DNA from: an uncultured SAR86 cluster bacterium
GTDB lineage: Bacteria; Pseudomonadota; Gammaproteobacteria; Magnimaribacterales; D2472
DNA length: 64,000 bases
Direction: 5' to 3'
Assembly: GCA_963926355.1 (NCBI GenBank)
Contig: CAWUWW010000006.1
Location: 38,872-102,871 of the forward strand
Each line of letters opens with the position of its first letter. Position 1 is the stretch's first letter. A model generated the notes under the pieces. The model was given only the letters and a program-made list of their open reading frames with translations, did not search any database and was not told where the DNA came from. The position numbers were made by a program, and so were the translations under genes. Shown one piece after another: positions 60,037-64,000 of the stretch.

Positions 60037-60665
60037 TTAATATTTTTTAAACTAATAATTTCTAAGTCCCTTAAAGACTTTAGTAAAGGTAATAATGGCA
60101 TACCTCTGACAGTATATGAAGAGCCGTCTACATAAGAGAATAAATTGCACCCTAAAGATTCAAATTTATAAGCTCCTGCTGCATGAATAGGATTTTCAAG
60201 CCTTACGTAATTAACAATCTCCTCTTCTGATAAATCATGCATCTTTAAAGACACTCTCTCTGAATATTCCCATAGTGATTTACCGCCTTTAAAGATACAA
60301 ATTCCACTATGCTGAAAATGCTCTTTTCCTGATAGTTGCTTAAGATTTTCTATAGCCTTTTCAGGAGAGCCAGGCTTATCAAATAATTTATTCTCCAGAA
60401 CACACATCTGATCTCCGCCAATAACAATATGGCTTGGGTACTGTTCACTGACTGTTAATGCTTTAGCTGCTGCTAGAGCAATGACCTGTTTTTCAAAAGG
60501 TTGTGATGATATTGCTTCTTTAAGAATATCTTCGTCTACGTGAGAGGTAATTACATCAAATTTAATACCAGCATCTTCAAGCATTATTTTCCTGCTTTCA
60601 GAGCCCGAAGCTAAAATTATTGGAATAGTGGGATTGATACTAGACAGTATCGACTCCTGCTTCAT
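60033..60665 (-). CDS. maf: Maf-like nucleoside triphosphate pyrophosphatase
   Basis: IILASGSESRKIML N-terminus, VIGGDQM, AGAYKFESLG. 210 aa. Confidence 0.88.
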   Translation of the reverse strand: MKQESILSSINPTIPIILASGSESRKIMLEDAGIKFDVITSHVDEDILKEAISSQPFEKQVIALAAAKALTVSEQYPSHIVIGGDQMCVLENKLFDKPGSPEKAIENLKQLSGKEHFQHSGICIFKGGKSLWEYSERVSLKMHDLSEEEIVNYVRLENPIHAAGAYKFESLGCNLFSYVDGSSYTVRGMPLLPLLKSLRDLEIISLKNIK

Positions 60666-61250
60666 TTAAAAATGTTTAGGTGAATTTATTAGGTTCATAA
60701 ATTCAGCTCTAGTTTCAATATTATCTCTGAAACTACCAAGCATTCTGCTTGTAATAGTACTTGATTCAGTTTTATGTATTCCTCTAGTAGACATACACTC
60801 ATGATTTGCATCTATAACAACAGCAACACCTTTAGGCTCAAGAACTCTATTGATAGTGTCAGCAATTAAAGCCGTCATGGTTTCTTGGGTTTGAAGCCTC
60901 TTTCCGAATATGTCAACAACTCTGGCCAACTTACTTATACCAACTACCCTTTGATTAGGTATATAACCAACATGTGCAACGCCAACTATTGGAACCATAT
61001 GATGTTCACAATGTGATTCAACTCTTATATTTCTAACTATTACAGCATCGTCATAGCCCTCAACTTCTTCAAAGGTCTTACCTAGAACAGCTTCAGGATC
61101 TTCGCCATAACCAGAGAAGAATTCGCCGTATGATCTTATTACTCTATCTGGAGTTTCAAGTAATCCTTCTCTGTCAGGATCATCTCCCGCCCATGAAATT
61201 AGAGTTCTTACTGCTTTTAAAGCCTCTTCTTTTGATGGTTTTTGAGTCAT
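60666..61250 (-). CDS. folE: GTP cyclohydrolase I (FolE type I)
   Basis: [33 protein letters not shown] and QERLT-like LQTQETMT. 194 aa. Confidence 0.95.
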   Translation of the reverse strand: MTQKPSKEEALKAVRTLISWAGDDPDREGLLETPDRVIRSYGEFFSGYGEDPEAVLGKTFEEVEGYDDAVIVRNIRVESHCEHHMVPIVGVAHVGYIPNQRVVGISKLARVVDIFGKRLQTQETMTALIADTINRVLEPKGVAVVIDANHECMSTRGIHKTESSTITSRMLGSFRDNIETRAEFMNLINSPKHF

Positions 61251-61344
61251 TACTTTCTCCGTTTTAATAAATAATTTGGTTCATTTTATATGATATTAAA
61301 GAATTTTGATAAACTATTATCATTCTTTTTAATAGTACAAAAAA

Positions 61345-62001
61345 ATGTCAGAACTTAAAGCCTTAATTAATCCAGTAACACCATTTCAGCAAAATGCTTC
61401 AATCATATATTGCTCTTCATCGAAGAAATGTGCCTTTGTTGACCCGGGAGGCGACATAGAATCTCTTCTTGCAGTTGCAAAAGAGAATGGCCTAATACCG
61501 GAAAAGATTCTTTTGACTCATGGTCATATTGATCATGCCGGAGGAGCTACTGAATTAGCAGAAATTCTTAAATTAGAAATTCATGGGCCGCATATAGATG
61601 ATAAGTTTTTACTTGATGAGCTTAAGACTCAAGGCGAAATGTTTGGCATGGAAGCGAGAAACTGTACTCCGGATAAATGGCTAAAAGAAGGAGATATTAT
61701 TAATGTAGGAGAGTTAACTTTAGATGTGTACTTCTGCCCTGGTCATACTCCCGGCCATATAATTTTTTTTAATAAAGTATCAAAGCTAGCTTTAGTTGGA
61801 GATGTTCTTTTTAAGGGGTCTATTGGTAGAACAGATCTTCCTGGAGGTAATCATCAAGATTTACTAGATTCAATTGCTATAAAATTGTGGCCTCTAGGTA
61901 ACGATGTAAAATTTATTCCAGGACACGGTCCAGTTTCAACTTTTGGAGAAGAGAGGAGAAGTAATGCTTTTGTTGCAGACGGTATCCTACAGAAATCTTA
62001 A
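61345..62001 (+). CDS. MBL-fold metallo-hydrolase (glyoxalase II-like)
   Basis: THGHIDHAGG (HxHxDH), CPGHTPGH, GDVLFKGSIGRTD, PGHGP. Confidence 0.85.
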   Translation: MSELKALINPVTPFQQNASIIYCSSSKKCAFVDPGGDIESLLAVAKENGLIPEKILLTHGHIDHAGGATELAEILKLEIHGPHIDDKFLLDELKTQGEMFGMEARNCTPDKWLKEGDIINVGELTLDVYFCPGHTPGHIIFFNKVSKLALVGDVLFKGSIGRTDLPGGNHQDLLDSIAIKLWPLGNDVKFIPGHGPVSTFGEERRSNAFVADGILQKS

Positions 62002-62802
62002 CTATTTCTTGTCGTATCTTCCCGGAGCAAAAATAGAACCCATAAGATTCATTGCTGGCTGGGGTATATTCTTTATTAAGAATACTAAAACTCTATATGT
62101 TTTTGTCGGTATGCATAAATGCTTGCCTTTGAGCGTTGCCTCAACAGCCTCGCCCGCTATCCTTTTTGCTGGAAATTTCATAAAACTTGGAACTTTATCC
62201 ATCTCATCCTGAACTCCGCTTGAAGTATGAAATTCAGTAATAGTAAAGCCGGGACAAACAGCGGTAGATGTGATGCCCTTATGATTATAATTTGCATTTA
62301 ATGAATCACTAAACCTATTCATAAACGTTTTTATTGGTCCATATAAGGCTTGAATTGATGATGGCGGAGCAAATGCAGCTACCGATGAAACTATCATTAT
62401 TTTTCCATGACCTTTTTTAAGCATATCTGGAATAAAAATTTTAGACATAGCAATTACCGATGTCCCTAAAACTCTAATAAATTTCTCTTCATCATCCATT
62501 GATGTTTCATGGAATTGTGTCTTTATTCCATAGCCTGCGTTATTAACTAGGATATCAATTTGATAATCATTCTCTTTACAAAAATTATAAATATTATTAG
62601 GAGCATTGGGATCACTTAAATCGCTTGATATGAAATCAACCTTAACTTGATGGTCATTACTAATGGTTTCTGCTAATTCTTTAAGCTTCTCTTCCCTTCT
62701 TGCTGTAAGCACAATATTGAAACCTTTTTCGGCAAATATTTGAGCCATCTCTAGACCTATTCCAGATGAGGCGCCTGTTATTAATACGTATGAATTTTTC
62801 AT
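62002..62802 (-). CDS. SDR family oxidoreductase
   Basis: TGASSGIG cofactor motif, NNAG, and a catalytic YGPIK (YxxxK) context. 266 aa. Confidence 0.88.
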   Translation of the reverse strand: MKNSYVLITGASSGIGLEMAQIFAEKGFNIVLTARREEKLKELAETISNDHQVKVDFISSDLSDPNAPNNIYNFCKENDYQIDILVNNAGYGIKTQFHETSMDDEEKFIRVLGTSVIAMSKIFIPDMLKKGHGKIMIVSSVAAFAPPSSIQALYGPIKTFMNRFSDSLNANYNHKGITSTAVCPGFTITEFHTSSGVQDEMDKVPSFMKFPAKRIAGEAVEATLKGKHLCIPTKTYRVLVFLIKNIPQPAMNLMGSIFAPGRYDKK

Positions 62803-62869
62803 AAATATATACTAACAGCATATATTTATCTAAGATAGAATTACTAAAAATTATCCAAAAAGGAATCAA

Positions 62870-64000
62870 ATGAAAATTCAAAAATTATTTTTTATGTTAT
62901 CAATTTTTACAATGGGATATGGCCTATTAGCTCATACTCCAAACGCCTATGCTGCCTCATCTGATAAGAGCATGGAGGAAAATTCTAAAGAAGATATTGA
63001 GGGACTAGATGATGAAAAGATGCCTGATGAAAAAGAATATAAAACAATAGAAGAGTTTTTAGAAGATGGTGAATATAAGACTATTGATGGCTTTATGAAT
63101 ATCATTCACGAGACTGAAAAAGATGAATATTTTTTAATGCTTGAGGAAGATCAACTCAATAGTGAGTTTATCTATTTTGTCTATATCCTAAATGGCCCCC
63201 AGGATGTGGGTGCAAGCGGAGGCTCAATGGGAGATGGATCAATACTTGAGTTTAGAAAATTTAAAGAGGATATAGGTCTATACAAAAAGAATACCAAGTA
63301 CACCTATGATGATTCAAATAAGATTTCTCAATCAAAACTAACAAATATTATCGAAGCATTTATGGGAAGATTTGAAATTGCGGTCAAAGAAGAAGGCAAG
63401 TACGTTATCAATATAGACAAATTATTCTTAAGTGAAATGCTTACAAGCATTACCCCAAATATTCCAAAAGAATATATGGAATATTATGATTTAAATGTAG
63501 GTAGCGCTGATAAGGCAAAGACTTATATCAATGAAATAAAAAATTACCCAAAAAACACCTCTGCTGAAGTTACTTATGGTTTTTTTAATCCAAAACCAAA
63601 ATCTGGAGCTCCGGTAGACGCTGTTGCAGATCCAAGATATACCTATATTTCTGCAAAGCATCTTTTTGTTGAAATGCCAGATAATAATTTTGAGCAAAGA
63701 ATAGCAGACGAAAGAGTTGGTTATTTTTCAGAGAAAGTAACAGACCTTTCTTCATACGACACCTATACCGCTAGAGATTTAATGAATAGATGGAGATTGG
63801 TTAAAAAGAACCCAGATGCCAAGCTTTCAGAACCTGTAGAACCAATAGTTTACTGGGTTGAAAACTCAACACCTGAAGAAATTAGACCCTTTGTGGTTAA
63901 GGGTATTGAGGGTTGGAATGCTGCTTTTGAAAAAGCTGGCTTTAAAAATGCAGTTGTTGCAAAAATACAACCTGATGACGCTGAGTGGGATGCAGGCGAT
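62870..64000 (+). CDS. secreted zinc-dependent metalloprotease (DUF5117/DUF4953-type), 3' end outside window; not in the ORF track
   Basis: Hand translation from the ATG at 62870 (AGGA SD at 62861) stays open for 377 codons to the window end. Signal peptide MKIQKLFFMLSIFTMGYGLLAHTPNAYA. PIVYWVENSTPEEIRPFVVKGIEGWNAAFEKAGFKNAV matches the conserved region of this family as I recall it. Confidence 0.65.
   Translation, partial: MKIQKLFFMLSIFTMGYGLLAHTPNAYAASSDKSMEENSKEDIEGLDDEKMPDEKEYKTIEEFLEDGEYKTIDGFMNIIHETEKDEYFLMLEEDQLNSEFIYFVYILNGPQDVGASGGSMGDGSILEFRKFKEDIGLYKKNTKYTYDDSNKISQSKLTNIIEAFMGRFEIAVKEEGKYVINIDKLFLSEMLTSITPNIPKEYMEYYDLNVGSADKAKTYINEIKNYPKNTSAEVTYGFFNPKPKSGAPVDAVADPRYTYISAKHLFVEMPDNNFEQRIADERVGYFSEKVTDLSSYDTYTARDLMNRWRLVKKNPDAKLSEPVEPIVYWVENSTPEEIRPFVVKGIEGWNAAFEKAGFKNAVVAKIQPDDAEWDAGD

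Noticed and set aside
61251-61344. THF or preQ1 riboswitch in the folE leader.
   Set aside because: The 94-bp divergent intergenic region is too short and AT-rich. I found no preQ1-like or THF-like conserved stems. Only a good SD (GGAGAAAG) is evident.

Overview
This is an AT-rich, very gene-dense, mostly minus-strand chromosomal segment. Gene content and synteny point to a streamlined marine gammaproteobacterium. SAR86-like is my inference only, from the low GC, tandem TonB-dependent receptors, alkyl sulfatase and acyl-CoA dehydrogenases. Almost everything is core housekeeping:
- a TlpA-like protein, wrbA and sppA, then hda, pgsA, DUF2066-like, purM, purN and DUF3108-like, in the order I recall for Pseudomonas
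- dcd, recR, dnaX and recX
- an arginine cluster (argF', argG, a fused argA/B, argC, argH) of the Xanthomonas-type acetylcitrulline pathway
- tRNA-Leu(UAG)
- two adjacent acyl-CoA dehydrogenases, an alkyl sulfatase, mnmC and a PreP-like M16C protease
- ligA, zipA and smc
- a complete ccmABCDEFGH(I) operon, including a 57-aa ccmD that is absent from the ORF track
- metY
- two tandem TonB-dependent receptors
- yidD, thrS, tRNA-Arg(CCU), cysS, a PTPS/QueD-like gene, maf and folE
- an MBL hydrolase, an SDR and a 3'-truncated zinc metalloprotease

I see no transposase, integrase, prophage, CRISPR array or recognisable defence island, and no convincing new multi-gene system. The most unusual things I can support from the sequence are:
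1. The SMC homologue has intact head motifs but no recognisable hinge, and carries two diverged tandem duplications of its coiled-coil arms.
2. A 14-codon Arg-Arg leader ORF with mutually exclusive antiterminator and terminator hairpins sits directly upstream of the arg operon.
3. A SAM-II/SAM-V-like H-type pseudoknot follows a near-consensus promoter upstream of metY.
4. An A10 slippery run in dnaX lies at the expected domain III boundary, and both shifted frames close within a few codons.
5. A PTPS-fold protein in the folE operon lacks two of the three canonical zinc-binding histidines.

The ORF track extends ORFs to TTG/GTG codons. I trimmed several N-termini to internal ATGs where a signal peptide, a homologue N-terminus or an upstream structure supported it. 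All homology calls come from motif recognition by eye, not from database searches.
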